From the human T2T-CHM13v2.0 reference genome, Homo sapiens, in the NCBI RefSeq assembly GCF_009914755.1, contig NC_060930.1: DNA of 64,000 nucleotides, one strand, 5' to 3'. Both the position numbers and the translations under genes were made by a program. Below the pieces are notes generated by a model that saw only the letters and a program-made list of their open reading frames with translations, was not told the origin of the DNA and did no database searches. This document shows positions 44,243 to 58,349 of this stretch, piece after piece. The stretch's first letter is position 1. The number at the start of each line of letters is the position of its first letter.

Positions 44243-47200
44243 CTAGGCTTTAGGGATATAGGGAAAAACATGACTCATTGCTGTTATCTGAGAGTACATA
44301 ATCTATTGGAAGAAAGGAAAACAGTTACATGTAAGGCTTATATCAGTATAAATTAGATAACTGCCAAGTGAGAGAGGTAGAGGTAGCAAGTGCTGTCTGT
44401 GGGTGCATGTTAACTCAGTCTTAATCTTGGAAGAAGTGGCAGTGTGGAATGGTACATGGAGAAGCAGAAGGGACAATTACTGTGAGCAGATGAATGGCTC
44501 ACTACAGGGGCATGGGAAGAAGATGCAAGAGCAGTGGAATCTTTAATTGACGAACCTGGTACCAAGCTGCCAAGTCTTAGTCTCAGGACTGGCACCGTGC
44601 ACTTGGCCATTGAAAAGACTTTGGAACCTGTGGAGTGAAGAGTTGTAGGAATTTTCAAAGCCTCAGTGTAGGAACAATGTGAGAATCAACCAGGGCATGG
44701 TACTCCACACTGTGTTCAGATCCACTGGTGTTAGGGGAGTCCCAGAGAGGCCTCTTAGAGGGTTGAGGAGGATGGGATCAGGCATAGCAGAGACTAGGGA
44801 CACGAGGCTCTGCGGCCAGACTGCAGGTCTGCTACCAACTACAGTGTGATTTTGCCTAGTCACATAATCTCTGTGGGCCTCAGTTTTTTGTTTTTTGTTT
44901 TTTTCTATTACAACAGTACCTTTCTCGTGGAGTTGTAGTGATTAGATATCTAGTACCAAGACTATGCTTGTTAGCACTGAGTAAGAACTCAATGAAGGTT
45001 AGCTTTCATTGGTACTATATTACTATTGTTAGTGTTGGTGGTGGAGCTGAATCGCCTAACCTATGAGGTTGGTGCTGAAATGAAGAAAAGAATAACAGTG
45101 TTTTAAGAAGTTTGGTCACTAGAAGTGGAGCTTAGTAATTAAAGAAAAAGAGTGAACACTTTTACCTTCTTGTGGAAGTTAGTAAGTCTACAAAATGTTA
45201 ATTCTGCATTTGAATGATCATTTGGGAGACTCTTATTGTCCTATTTGCACTGAAAAAGTCACTGAATCATTATTTTAGAACTGGAATAACACCTGAGATC
45301 TAGGCCAGCACTTTGCAAGTTGTGCTCTATGGGACTTTTCATGGAAGTGGCTGAGGAGTTGCCTTGAAGGAAGGCAGAGGGAGTGGGTCTTGGGACACCC
45401 TTCCAGTTATAAAACAGGACGTTGATTCTGTTTTGTAGTTGCAGCATCACATATAATTTCATTTATTAAGAGGATCCCACTTCTAAAAATAAGTTGAAAA
45501 CCAGTGATTTAATCCAGCCTCTCTGTTTGCATATGAGGAAATGGAATTCCGGAAAGGTTAGGTGATTTGTCCAAGGTTGCAGACTAGACTATTTATTAAT
45601 AGAGTAGGGTCAGGAACAAAAGCCTGCTCCTTGCTGGTCCAGCGCCTGTTACTAGTTACATAATGAATGCTACCTATTGCTGCACAGTGCCAAATCATTG
45701 CACTTTTCAGATTTTACTCTAATCAAAAGAAAAAAATTAAAGTGCACTTCCAAATCAGTACTTATATGCAAGAGCTTCAAGAAACAAACTAGTATTTAAC
45801 TTGGTGGTTACATATTGACTGTATTTTCATTGAGTGAGGTTAGAAGAGATTGAGAAGCGTGAAATGAAGTTACAAAGTAGAAACTATATGGTGAACTCAA
45901 GGCAAAGATTGTCCATAGTAAAAGAAGACAAAATAAGAATGAAAGAGACAAAAGAATTGCCAATGAGTTGTAATCTTAAAAGAAAGATATATTTAATAAA
46001 ATAGGATTGATTGTTTTGAATGTGGGCTGAGAAGTCCTGCCATCTTCCATTGACTCTGCTCACAGGCCTTGTTTGTGAACTGGCTTCCATGGATAGCATT
46101 ACTCTCCTGACAGCTGCAGCTCCAAATTCAGCATGAAAAGGCTGGCAATTCTAAGAGGAAGGGAGGGTTTAGGCCACTTTTAATTCTACTTTGTCATTGC
46201 AAGTTTCTTGCATTGTTTGGCATTTGTTGGTCTTCCTTACTGGATTTCAAAACTAGAACACTTTTTCCTAGCCTTGGAACCAACCACGAAAATAACCACC
46301 TCTTACCCTCATGAAGAACACTTTAAGTTTTTCTCTTTTAAAAATGAAGTCTGGAATATCTCCAAACATCTTGTCACTCACGCCTTCATTTAAATGTCAC
46401 CCTCTCAACCACAAGGAAACTAAAATTGCCCCCTACTTGCTACTCCCTGTTTTATTTTCTAGTAGAACATACTACAGTTGGAGATCATCTCATCCATGTC
46501 TTTTATTCTTGTCTCTTATTTGCCTCTGCTTGACTGTAAGCTCATGGAAAGTAAGGGACCTTCACCAACTAGCAAAGTGCTTAGGACCTAGTAAGAACCT
46601 GGTCAATTCTAACTGAGTGAATGACTGAATTCCTGTGAGAAGTCAACATGAAAATTCCTAGGTCATTAGTTTAGTTATTGGAACTCCAACACTGTATTGG
46701 AAAAGTGTCATGGAAAGGATAGTTAGTGGATTAAGGTTTTTTATAAGAGGAAGAGGGAAAGAAAGGCATTGTCTTTACTTCAGGCATTTCAATGGCCATG
46801 ATGGAGCCTAAATATTGTATGTTGCATTTTGTTTTGGTTTTGTGTGCACAAGAGCTTTGCCAGTGGAATGAACGGGTTAAGAAATGTGAGTTTTCTTTTC
46901 GTCCTGCTATAGAGACTTAAGGAATTGCCCTGTGTGAGTTCCTTGAGGGCAGAGAAAAATACAAATCCATGAATACCTGAAAGCCCTGATTTGGCCCCTA
47001 AGCAATCTATGCATGTAACAACATTGCATTTGTACCCTGTACATTTATAAACATTTTAAGAAAAGTATAAGAGAAACACAAATTTTGGTTACTCCTCTCT
47101 GAAAACTGCTCTGATGTCGCTTGGCCGGGGGAATTAAGACCTCTTCCTGTGGCCTGTGGCCACTATGTGCTCCCGGCTCTCCAGGCTCATCCAGGGCCAC

Positions 47201-47396
47201 TGTGCCTGGGGTCACAGGGTTCCAGGATGTCAACCTTCTTTCAGCTTCTCTGACTCCTCAAGCATTTTTTTTTTTTTTTTTTTTTTTTTTTGGTTTCCAA
47301 GACCCAAACGCATGTCTCTCTTCTTGGCACACTCTTCCCAACTTTTTTCCTGGCTAATTGCTAGTTATTTAGTTTGAGATTAAATGTCACTCCCTC

Positions 47397-47691
47397 GGCC
47401 TGGCGCGGTGGCTCACGCCTGTAATCCCAGCACTTTCGGACGCCGAGGCAGGTGGACCACGAGGTCAAGAGATCGAGACCATCCTGGCCAACATGGTGAA
47501 ACCCCGTCTCTATTAAAAATACAAAAAAATTTAGCCAGGCGTGGTGGCATGTGCCTGAAGTCCCAGTTACTCGGGAGGCTGAGGCAGGGGAATTGCTTGA
47601 GGAGGATATTGCAGTGAGCTGGATCGCACCTCTGCACTCCAGCCTGGAGACAAAGTGTGACACCATCTCAAAAAAAAAAAAAAAAAAAAAA
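47397..47691 (+). mobile_element. AluSc-like element
   Basis: gaggtcaagagatcgagaccatcctggccaac; imperfect TSD gtcactc(c/a)ctc. Confidence 0.93.
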
Positions 47692-47997
47692 GTCACTCAC
47701 TCACAGAGGGCTTCTCAGATACTCCCCTGCCCCCTCATTTAAGTTGCACCGCTTGTTGTATTCTCTTATAAGCCCCATTCTTTTTCTTCTTGGCATTGAT
47801 CAAATTAACAGCTTTATTTTATTTTAGCATTGTGAGTGTATATGTGTGTTTAATGTCTGCTTCCTGACTAAACTGTACCCTGCAGGAAGGCAAAACTGTG
47901 TCTGTGTTGCTCATTGTTAAACCTTCAGCACTGAACTCAGTGCCTCGAACATAGGAGATTCCAACTCAATATTTACTGCGTGAAGGAATGAATGAAT
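47692..47997 (+). mobile_element. L2 3' end (Alu host)
   Basis: cagtgcctcgaacatagg...ctcaatatttactg...gaatgaatgaat terminus. Confidence 0.65.
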
Positions 47998-50158
47998 CTT
48001 TATGTCCCTCGTGCCTAACATAAAGTCTGCCATATACAATGGACTAAAAAATAGTATTCAGCTAAAACTGAGTTACGGAGAAGATGAAGTATTAATTGTA
48101 TTTTTTACAGAGAAACAATGGTCAGTGTATCAAAAATAGAGACCCTGCTCTCAGATATATAACATAGAACTCTCTTCATTCATTTGCCTTCATTTTAGTT
48201 AACAGAATCTGTTCATCTAAGTAGAGCAGAGAAAAACTTCATAATTGCTGTGTCTGTGTTATTCCAAAACATTTAAACAAAAGGTGAATAACTGAGGTAT
48301 TCTTCCCTGTGGTACATACTTGATGTGGGCATTTTAAAAGATTGATCAAATCTCCTTTCAGCTGGATATTTGAGTAGGCACAACCATTACAGAATTTTCC
48401 TCTAGGGACTTACTTTAGCTCTTAAACTATGTAAACTGAACAAGCAAACTCAAGTGGATCATTATCTATAGAAGTATAGAATTCCATCTCCCTTTGGCAA
48501 ACCATTCAAACCCAGAAGTGTGTTTTACACATTCTGACAGAAGCATCTGTAATAACCAACTCTAACCTCCTTTCTTACCACTTTAGCACCCAAAAGTATA
48601 AGAAAAGAGGACATGTTAAGGCTTGTTCTATTTATTAGAAAATATATAAAGAGTTCTTGGCTTAAGAACTCTTCTGGCTATCAGCTCCCTGATGTGAAAA
48701 AAGTAAATAGCAAGGGGTAGCATGGAGTCTTACTCCCGTGTGACAGACAGCTTAAGAAAGACAATTGGACATCATGTGACTACATGATTCAAGCTAAAGT
48801 CCAGACACATCTTTTCCATAGGCCAATTGAACATTTTCTCTGTAATTTCCACAATAACCATTTGCACCAGCATGAATGGAGAGGGTCTGAGTTCTTCTGG
48901 GTGAGTAAAGGGTGTGTCAGTTATCTGTCCTCTGTCACCAGGATTTAGAGGCAGGCTCATAGTGACTCTTGTAAAGTTGAGGTTCGCCTGTGGAGGCTGC
49001 AAAAAAGAGGGAGGAAGAGAGAGTGAGGTTCCTCTTGGCTCTGTGCCAGGGATGTGATTAGAGGACCCTGGGAGGGCCTTCATCCTACGAGGGGTTGGAA
49101 GTGGAAATGGATGTGTGTGGATGACCTGGTAACGTGTCACAGCCCCTTCCACCCCATAGTAGTCAGGGATTTAATGCCTCAACAAGGCAGGTCTCTGAAG
49201 GAGACTGACTTTTCTCTCTCTCTCTGAATGATACTGCCTGAGAGAAATACTCACTTCCTGCTTTGTTTTCAACAAGTATGGACTTCCTTACACAAAAAGA
49301 ATCTTTTTTGCTTTTGTCCCCCCATTTCACTGGAAATCTATCCACTGGGCACCACTGTTGGTCGGCTTCCTTTCATAGATTCCTTTATGTTTCAAATTTT
49401 AAAAAGACAATAATAGCAACAAAGTGAAATATGGATTTAAGCTAGGAAAAGCAGAGAACTGAAACTTTTTTCCTGCAATCATACTTCCCAGCTTCTTCAG
49501 CAAGATCTGCTTGGCTGGGAACATGCCTTCTGAGAACTTTACATTTCTAAACTGCTGCTAAATTGCTCCATGCATTTATTCCTCAAACTCTCAGGGAAGA
49601 TAGCACTGGCTTTCAGTCTCATACCAACCATTCTTAAGGTAATGGACCAAAAGTCATTTCCACTTGAAATATAATCCTTCTAAATGAATCATGCAACATG
49701 GTTTTTACCTCCATTTTTTCAGAATAACTCTAAGATGATGATCCTCTGGCCATATTTTAAAAATTTCTCTTATTTGTTTTAATTTTCTTCCATTTTTTCT
49801 TTAATTTTGTATCCAGACACTGCCTTCTCTAAGAGGAATGACATTTTTGCGGGTTATCATGATATATTTTTAGCCCATTTGCCTTGACCCATAGCTTACA
49901 ACAGTTAAAGAACACTAACATATAAACATAGAGTTTTGCCCAAGGCCATTAGCTTTGCATGTTAACAAGTGGGCAGAAGGAAGGCTGGGCATGAGAGAGA
50001 CATGCTGTCCTTCTGGTGAGATCATCAATCCCATTCTTGTAACCTTCAGATCATTGCATTTGTTCAGAATCGTCTGCAGAGGAAAACATCTCAAAGTTGG
50101 GAGGTTGTTGAAGAGTCAGAAACAAATGGGTCCTGGGTAATTTTTCAAAACAGGCTTT

Positions 50159-50218
50159 TTGTCAATTGTCAGTCAGCTGTTTAATATTGTCAATTGTCAC
50201 TCAGCTGTTTAATATTGT
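50159..50218. repeat. Two-copy tandem duplication, period 28 bp
   Basis: ttgtcaattgtca(g/c)tcagctgtttaata x2, one mismatch. Confidence 0.95.
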
Positions 50219-51255
50219 GCTTTGTTATAAGGATAGGCACTGTGGTCTCAGCGTTCTTAAGCTTTTACATTTCCGTTATTTGGTTTTACTTCTGCATTAG
50301 TAGAGTAGATGTAGAGTAGATGCCACCTCTAGGAACTCTACCAGCAGCAGCATCTTAGACTAGAAGCTCCCTCTCTAGGACTATAATCTCTGTAGCCTCC
50401 ACTTCTCCCACCCCTTATTTCTTCTGAGCCTACTTGGTCTTTGATACTTACTATAATACTTTCTATTCTCTTATCATAAACAGTTTTCTGATTTCATTTT
50501 CCTCTGGTTTCATACTAAGCCCCATAATCAGTCACTGCAAGATTACCTTCTAGAATTTCTGTGCCCTCAAGTTTTCTCCATATCTAGAGAGTCAGTCATC
50601 TGCCTTGAGCCACATCCACTGTCTACTTTCTTCACTTCCATCCCCAGGCTGCCCAGCACTGATGAAAACAAAACAAAAACAAACAAGCAAACAAAAACAA
50701 AAACAAAAAACTGACTAGGATCTCAATCTGGTTTGCAAATCCATGCTTCTCTTTCTTGACTTCTTTAGACATCAACAGAATTGACGCCTCCTCTTGACCT
50801 GGGACACCCCTCCTCCTTGGTGCTTTCTTCTACCTCCCCCTGCTTCTCTGTATGTCTTTTGCAGGCTCATCTTTCTCTTAGGCTGTCTTCCCCCATCTCT
50901 CCTCTCCCTCTGTGCACTCAGGCAGTCTCCCTTGTCAACCCCCAAAACTGCTTCTCCAGACCCCAGTGTTTCTCTGAGCTCCAGGTCCACAATTCTCTAA
51001 GGTCCATGTGGATGTCCCTCACCATTTCAAACTTCTCTTCCACAGGGAGTCCCTGGTTTTCACTACCATAGCATATTAAAATACCATGCATTTCCCTTCA
51101 TACCACTAATTACAACTTTGTTTCTTTTTTTTAAATTTTATGTTTTAAAAATTATCTTCTGCCCACATATATTGTAAGCTCCTTTTGAGAAAGACACATT
51201 GCTGTCCTGGTCATTACTATATTCTTATCAACTAGCAGGGGCCGTGGTCGGGGCT

Positions 51256-51654
51256 TGTGTTAGTCCATTTTGTGCTGCTATAAAGGAATACCTGATGCCA
51301 GGTAATTTATAAAGAAAATAGGTTTTATTTGGCTGAGGGTTTTGCAAACTGTACAAGAAGCATGGCGCCAGCATCTACTTCTGGTGAGGCCTGAAGCAGC
51401 TTTTACTCATGGTGGAAGGCAAAGAGAGAGCAGGCGTTTCACACAGCAAAGGAGAGAGCAAGAGAGATGCCAGGCTCCTTAAACGACCTGCTCTCCCATA
51501 AACTGAAAGAGCAAGAACTCACTCATTACGGTAGGATGGCACCAAAACAGTTGTGAGGGATCCACCCCGAACACCTCCCACCATGCCCCACCTCCAACAC
51601 TGGGATCAAATTTCAATGTGAGATTTGGAGGGAACACACATCTACCCTTTATCA
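51256..51654 (-). mobile_element. MSTA/MSTB solo LTR
   Basis: tgtgttagtccattttgtgctgctataaaggaatacctga...gagatttggaggg...tatca; TSD gggct/gtgct. Confidence 0.9.
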
Positions 51655-51695
51655 GTGCTCAATAAGCTCGCTGAATGTAGAACAGTGATATAAGG

Positions 51696-51930
51696 CAGGG
51701 GTGGGCCAAGTATAGGCGACAGGACAAATTTGGCCTGCTACTGCTTTTGTAAATAAAGTTTTATTTATTTACAAAATAAATAAATAAATACAGTCATAAT
51801 CATTGGTTACATTTTGTTCAAAGCTGCTTTTGCATTAAAACATCAGAGTTGAGTAGCTGCCACAGAGACTGTAATGGCCCCACAAAGCCTAAAATAGTTA
51901 CCCCGTGGTCTTTTACAGAAAAAGTCTGAT
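51696..51930. mobile_element. MER58A (hAT-Charlie)
   Basis: caggggt...ttttgtaaataaagttttatt...cagagttgagtagctgccacagagac...ttttacagaaaaagt. Confidence 0.8.
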
Positions 51931-52699
51931 ATAAAGGACAGTCTCACAGCACAGAGGAAAAGCATATAACCCAAAGGAGGAAAGAGTAGAGCATAGTGGA
52001 CTGCAGAGAAGTTTCCCTGGACCCAATCTGTGCCTTGAAAGATGAGAAGGACACCTCCAAAGGCAGGATGGGGGTGAGGTGGGGTGGGCGGTGGTGATCC
52101 AAGCAGACAGCACGGGCAAGTGTTCTGGAAAACTTGCCTTTGTTCACAAGTATCCTGCAGTATAAATTGCAAGGTGGGCAGTAAGAAATGGACTTGAAGA
52201 GATTGAACAAGGGCCAGAAACCCAAGGACATTGCTAAGGAGTTTGTGCCTTAGCCCATCCAGGGCCCTAGCAGCCTTGACTGATGCTTCTGAGGTCCTGG
52301 AGGCTCCAGGCTCAGGCTACCTTCCCATATTCTCTGAAAATAATATCACATTTGTTTAGTAAAAAAATTGTTTACTAAAAAATTAACCTCTCAGAATTTC
52401 TGCATTCACATTTATTTCTTCTCATATCCTCGAGTTAGAAAAAGGTATTTCTCTCCTGTGATGATATTGATTCTGCACTCATCTATTTTCATTACTGTCT
52501 CCTTCCCTCCCTCCCTCAGTCCCTCCCTTAGTCTATCTCACTCTACCATCTTTTCCTTTGGACCTTCTGACATTCAACATCTTGGTCGCTCCTATCCAGC
52601 CACACCTCTGACCATTCAACCATTTGTCCTCTTGATTGGTTCCACCTTGTCCTATCACGCTGGATATGCTGTTGCTCCCAAATTGCCTCCCTCTGCCAG

Positions 52700-52985
52700 T
52701 TTCTTGCCCCTTCCTCCTTCTGTCTCTCCCTCTCTCTTTCAATCTTTCTCTCCCTCAGTCTCTCTTTCTCTTTCCCTCTCTCTCAATCTTTCTCTTCCTC
52801 AGTCTCTCTCCCATTCTCTTTCTCTTTCTCTCAATCTCTCTCTTCCTCTCTCTCTTATCCTCTCTTTCTCTCAATCCCTCTCTCCCTCTTTCTCTCTCTC
52901 AATCTGTTTCTCTGTTAATCTCTCTTTCTCTCTCCTTCTTTCTGTCTCTGTCTCTGTCTGCCTCTCTCTCTCTCTCTCTCTTCCC
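52700..52985. repeat. CT-rich polypyrimidine tract
   Basis: ~285 bp almost all C/T with recurring tctctcaatc units, ending in (CT)n. Confidence 0.92.
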
Positions 52986-54269
52986 TAGTGAGCTCACTTG
53001 CTTTCCCAGTTTCAGTGATTTCTATTCAGATATCTCCAAAATTTGTATTTCCGGATATTTTATGCTTTCATGGAGGCCGTGTAAATTGGTATAACCTTTT
53101 TGGAAGGCGTTTTGGCAATACTTAGTAAAAGGTTAAATGTTTACACCCCTTGATTCTGCTATTGTATGTGTAAGGATTTTTTCCTGCATACTTTTGTAAG
53201 TGTAGAAAATATATGTATAGGAATAATTGCACATTGTTTGTTGTAGCTGAAAATTACAAATAATATAAATGCCTATAATCAGAGCAGTTAAATACATATG
53301 AACACAGTGAAATACCAGGCACTCATTTAAAAGATGAGGTATATTTTAACAAGCCTATTTGAAAAGATACCCAATCTTAGCAAGTGAAAAAAAAACTCAT
53401 CAAATTGATATATTTAGCGCTGTCCCTCTCTCAAGTTTCAGACCCACATTTTCAATTTTCTGTTGTCATCTTGACTTAGTCTCGTGAAATTTTAAACTAA
53501 TCATTTTTAAGGGAAGATATTTTCTTCCCTTAAAGATGAAATTCAGACAAACCTCTGAATTTCCCTCTTTCTGCTAATTTCTTGCTTTCTTTTATCATCT
53601 TTCCATCCATCCTAACATACAGTTCCAGAGGAGTCTTTAAATCCTTCCTTATTGCCTAACACCGAGGATCATTTGCTGAAATCTTGTTGATTTTTCCCTC
53701 AGATCAACAAAGGATTTTCAGAATAGCCCTGATTTCTCTTTATCACCACGGTGCTGTCTCACGTCTTCTCTCCCCCTCCTCCTACCTGCCGTCTCTTCCA
53801 GACTCGTCTCTCTCCCCCAATCTCCTTTGCGCACTGATGCCAAATTAGTCACAACAAAAGTGTTTACGTGATCGTGTCACCCACTGGTAAGCTCTTAATG
53901 GTCTTCCCTTACACATTATCTCCCATTTCATCTCAGGAGCCTTTTATTAACCACTCTTCACAGTCTGACTCAGCCCTCTTTGCCAGTTTCTCTCTTTACA
54001 AATAGCAAAGTCTATGAGCTAGATTACTCAATATTCCCTGAATAGGTCTTCTCTTCTCCCACCTCTTGGCCTTTCCAGTACCATTCAATCTTCCTGGAAA
54101 TTCCTGAAATTTCTTTCCTCCTCACTCAGTCAATGTTTTGAGACCCACATCAAATGCTACATACTATTTGTTCCTTTACTGATCATGCCAGTTGGAAATG
54201 ATTCGAATCTGTAAAGCAGGGTGCTATGGAATGACATTTCTTATAGCCCTTTGGTCATTTGGGAGCAAT

Positions 54270-54655
54270 GTCTAACATAATATCCTCCAGGTCCATCCAT
54301 GTTGTTGCAAGCGACAGGATTTCCTTCTTGTTAAAGGGTGAGTAGCATTCCATTGTACATATATTCCATATTTTATTTTTTTTTGCTCATCTGTTGATGG
54401 TCACCCAGGTTGATTCCATATCTTGGCTATTGTGAATAATGCTACAGTGAACTTGGGAGTGCAGATATCTCTTCAACATATTGATTTCATCTCCTTTGGA
54501 TATATACCCAGTAGTGGGATTATTGGATCAAATGGTAATTATATTTCTAATTTTGGGCAGGGTCCTCTGTAGTAGCTCCATAATGGTTGTAGTAATTTAC
54601 ATATCCAACCAAGCACGCCAGGGTTCACTTTTCCTCATGTCCTCGCCGACAAGCC
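54270..54655 (-). mobile_element. L1MA/MB fragment
   Basis: tcctccaggtccatccatgttgttgcaa...ggatatatacccagtagtgggattattggatc. Confidence 0.88.
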
Positions 54656-56999
54656 TGATATTCTTATTTGCCTCTTAGCGCTTCAGCCTTTCCCTCGTGA
54701 CTTAACGGTGACTCCCTTGAGACTACTTGAAATAATAAGTTTGGATGGCAAGGAAATACCCTTCTGCTGTCACCCTTTGCCATAAGACTGAGTTACTTTG
54801 TAAACAAAGAAGATTTACTTGGTCTTCCATGCCCAAGACCCTTTTACTTTTCATCGCTTAATATTTCATGGCCAAAAACTGTTGGTTCTTCCAATCTTGT
54901 AAGGCCATTTATCTTTGATCTTGCTCCATTCCCTTCCATTTTTGCTTGAGAATCATTCAGTTCTTGCCTGATCTCACGTCTTTCTCGCAACACCTTACTA
55001 ATGACTGCCAGAGTGTCCACTACACACTATCGGTCTCATTTGACCACTTCCCCAGGCATGTAGCCTACCTGCCAAGTTCTTTCACAGCAGATATTTTGCA
55101 GTGTTGTAAGAGGGCTCCCTAGCTTGCTATGTTTTCTTACTACCTGGCATTAGGAAGTAAACATTTTTCATGGCAGTATTCACTTCTAGTACCAATTTCT
55201 TTTTTAATCTACATGGGCTAACTGCTGTATCAAACAGCCATCAAATCCCAATGTTAATTGCAACTTACAGTACGTTGTGATGTTTCTGTCTGTATACTCA
55301 TTCAGACACACAGAGTTTAAGTAATTTGTTCAAGATCACAAAGTTAGTAAATGGTGGCATCAAGATTTGAACCCAGGCAGCTGGACTCAAGAGTCTAAAC
55401 AACTTTCATTTTAAAATTTTCATCTTTCAAGATATATCACTTACAATTTCCATCTTCATCACTTTCTTCCATACTTCAGAGCTGCATATGTAAACCTCTT
55501 GATCATATAAATATTTATGGAGTCTCAGCATTTTGAGCACATGCTGAGAGATTTTGTAGCATTGAAGATAAAGAAGCTCTTTCAATACATCTAATCTTGC
55601 CACTATTGATTTTGAACAGCATCTTAATTTGTTACCTTTTTAAAACCATATTGTACTTTTCTTCAGGACAGCTAAATTAAATGTCTTATGTTGATCCCCT
55701 GGGTTTTCTCAGTTTCCATTTATCAGTTTCCTTTTATATAAAGAGATGCTAATGGGTAACCTTACATTTTGTAAGGCATATTTTTGAAGATATACAAGTG
55801 AAGGTTTGATCTGTACACCCTCGTTAGAGCTCTTTATTTTACATGTGGAGGAAGAGATGCCTTAGGGCTTCTGAAAAACAGGCTTTTATTTTTATAGAGG
55901 AGAAACTTCCAGAACATGCCATGAGCAAATGCTCTGTCAAGTCTGGTTCTTTCCCCCATTACTTAAGTGCAAATGGACCACATTTGAAGAAGATAAGTAG
56001 CAGAACAAGGCTCCCCACAAGGGGATTTTGAGGTGCTCTGAAAACCAGACTGACATAATCCATGGAGGAGTTCATCACTGCAGGCTGTCACGTCTCACAG
56101 TGGGAGTCATAGGCTGGTCTGCTTGATAAACTACTCCTGATCTATGACTGGAGCTGTGTGCTTCCTTTAAAAATAAATCTTGTTTTTCCATGCCCCACGT
56201 GCTTCTCAGCCTCAGGAGCACCTCATGGATTTAGACTAATCTTGTCTTTTACAGTCATGTTACTTCCAGATTCCTAGGAATCACCCCATTTCTGATGCCG
56301 TTGATCCATCCATACCCACTGAAATTGAGCTAAATGCTCTAGTCTGATTTGCCCCTTGAAGTTAGTATAGAATATTTTGGCTAGACTTTGAAAATGAAGC
56401 CCTGACCACAATGCATAATGACCTCAGTAGACACTGAAGAGTTCCTTTGCATCAGGCAAGTGACAAGTATCTATCTCATCTTCAAAGTCCACATAGATAT
56501 GTGCCAGATTGTAGGTTGACAAATCACTTTTTCACTAGCTCACGTGGCAAGCCTTTTCACCTTGTAATAATGCTAGTGAGAGACCCATAGGTACCACATA
56601 ATTGGCCAGTCATTGAGATTCAAGCAACATTTGGATAATTTAGCAAAACTATCATCAGAATCATCAAAGTACATAATTTTTATTTATTATGCAAATAGTG
56701 GATTCACTAAAGTGCTTAGACCAATTAAGTTGCTCCCATTGAAAAACAGGGTGATTTTATTCTTAAGAATATATCAGGATAAACTTCTTGTAGCCTCTAA
56801 ACAGTACTGCTTAGAAAAGTGCAGCTTCACTGCATTGCATATCCCCCCAGAAGCCCTCAAAGTTCAGATGTACACCACAAAAACATGAAGCACATGTGTT
56901 TGCATGGAAGGTAGGCTCTGGGGTCTTCCTATCATAATATGTCTATGATTAATAGTCAACATATGCCCCCTCCACATTCCCTAAAGGAACATACACATG

Positions 57000-57002
<3 letters not shown>

Positions 57003-57036
<34 letters not shown>
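57003..57036. repeat. (AC)17 microsatellite
   Basis: Perfect dinucleotide run. Confidence 0.98.
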
Positions 57037-57039
<3 letters not shown>

Positions 57040-58349
57040 AGAACTGAATTGAGAGTTTGGGGTATACACCATCCCTGAGGGCACAGTCTACAGCTCCTAA
57101 TGTGTGCTGTAGAGCAAGCATTATATTGTTGACAGGTAATAATTCCTGGTTAGGAATAACAGGATACCAGTGAGAAGAGGCTGAGAAAAATACACTCTTG
57201 CTGGAAGAGTCAAGAACGAGCTCTTCGTGGGAAACTATGGGAGACGATTGAAAAAGGACAAGAAGAAAGGAGAATTGTTAAGTCTCCACTTTCTCAGTTT
57301 CTGAACTGAACTTTTGCTCACAGCAGGTGAACACAGGCTCCCTCCCACACTGAGACTTCCTCCCCTGCCGGTGTGCAGTCTGTTAAGTAAACAGAGACGT
57401 TATACTGAGAAAGGAACATTTCTCTATTTTGGCTATGAGTTGTTATTTTTAAAGATTCATCCTCCAAACATTTTCCCCTATCCTTGTTTATTTTTTCACT
57501 AGAAAGAAGATGAACTGCTTAAAAAAAAAATTCAACTCCATGACAAGAAAAACCCACTTCTAGTATGTTCTCCCCACTCAATGCCAATGGAGCCTTTGGT
57601 GTGAGCACTCTGCCAGCCACACATTGGGCAGCATACCTCTTGAAATTCCTGCTGTGCTTCTATAGAGCTTCCATGCATCCAGATTTTCAAAGTCAAAGCA
57701 AAATGCGCATGGCAGTTTTTTTCTGACTCCTTCAAGTTAAAAGGCCAACCTCTCCCTTGACATATCCATGTATTTATCAGTATATCTATAGGTAATACTT
57801 AAAGGTGATCCTTACTGTGTGCCACACTCCATTCTAAGCACTTTACATAAAAAACCTCATTTCACTTTATTTGGGAATAGGATGACAATTTCTTCAATAT
57901 TGAGATGGGTTGAATCTGGGGAGACTGATGTTAGATGCAAAAAGCTTTCTTTCTAGAACTTTTCCTGTGTCTTGCACCTGGCTTTCTCCCTGTCTTGTTC
58001 CCATTCTAGATCTCTTTACTGACAGTGCCCATGGCTTTCTTCTTGGTACTCTAGTGTTGAGCATAAGAACTAGTATGTAATAGGCTCTCAGTAAATCTTG
58101 TTGAATGAATTAAAGTAGAGCAAGAATTAAAGACAGAGAAGAAGATCTTCTTGTTGGAGTTCTTTCTTTTGGTTGATAAGCAATGTGATTTGACGTAACA
58201 ATCTTGAGTCCTAATCCCCTCATTTGGAAAATGGAAATAATAATGCTAATCTTAGAGGTCACTTCTAAGAAGTATATGAATATATCAGAAGTAATCAACA
58301 TTTTTAAGTCAAAGAAAAGAACGTCTGTGAAAAAGAAAACTAATGAGCT

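Noticed and set aside
52368-53094. 206-aa and 152-aa Ser/Leu-rich ORFs
   Set aside because: Artefact of the CT-rich tract, which has few stop codons
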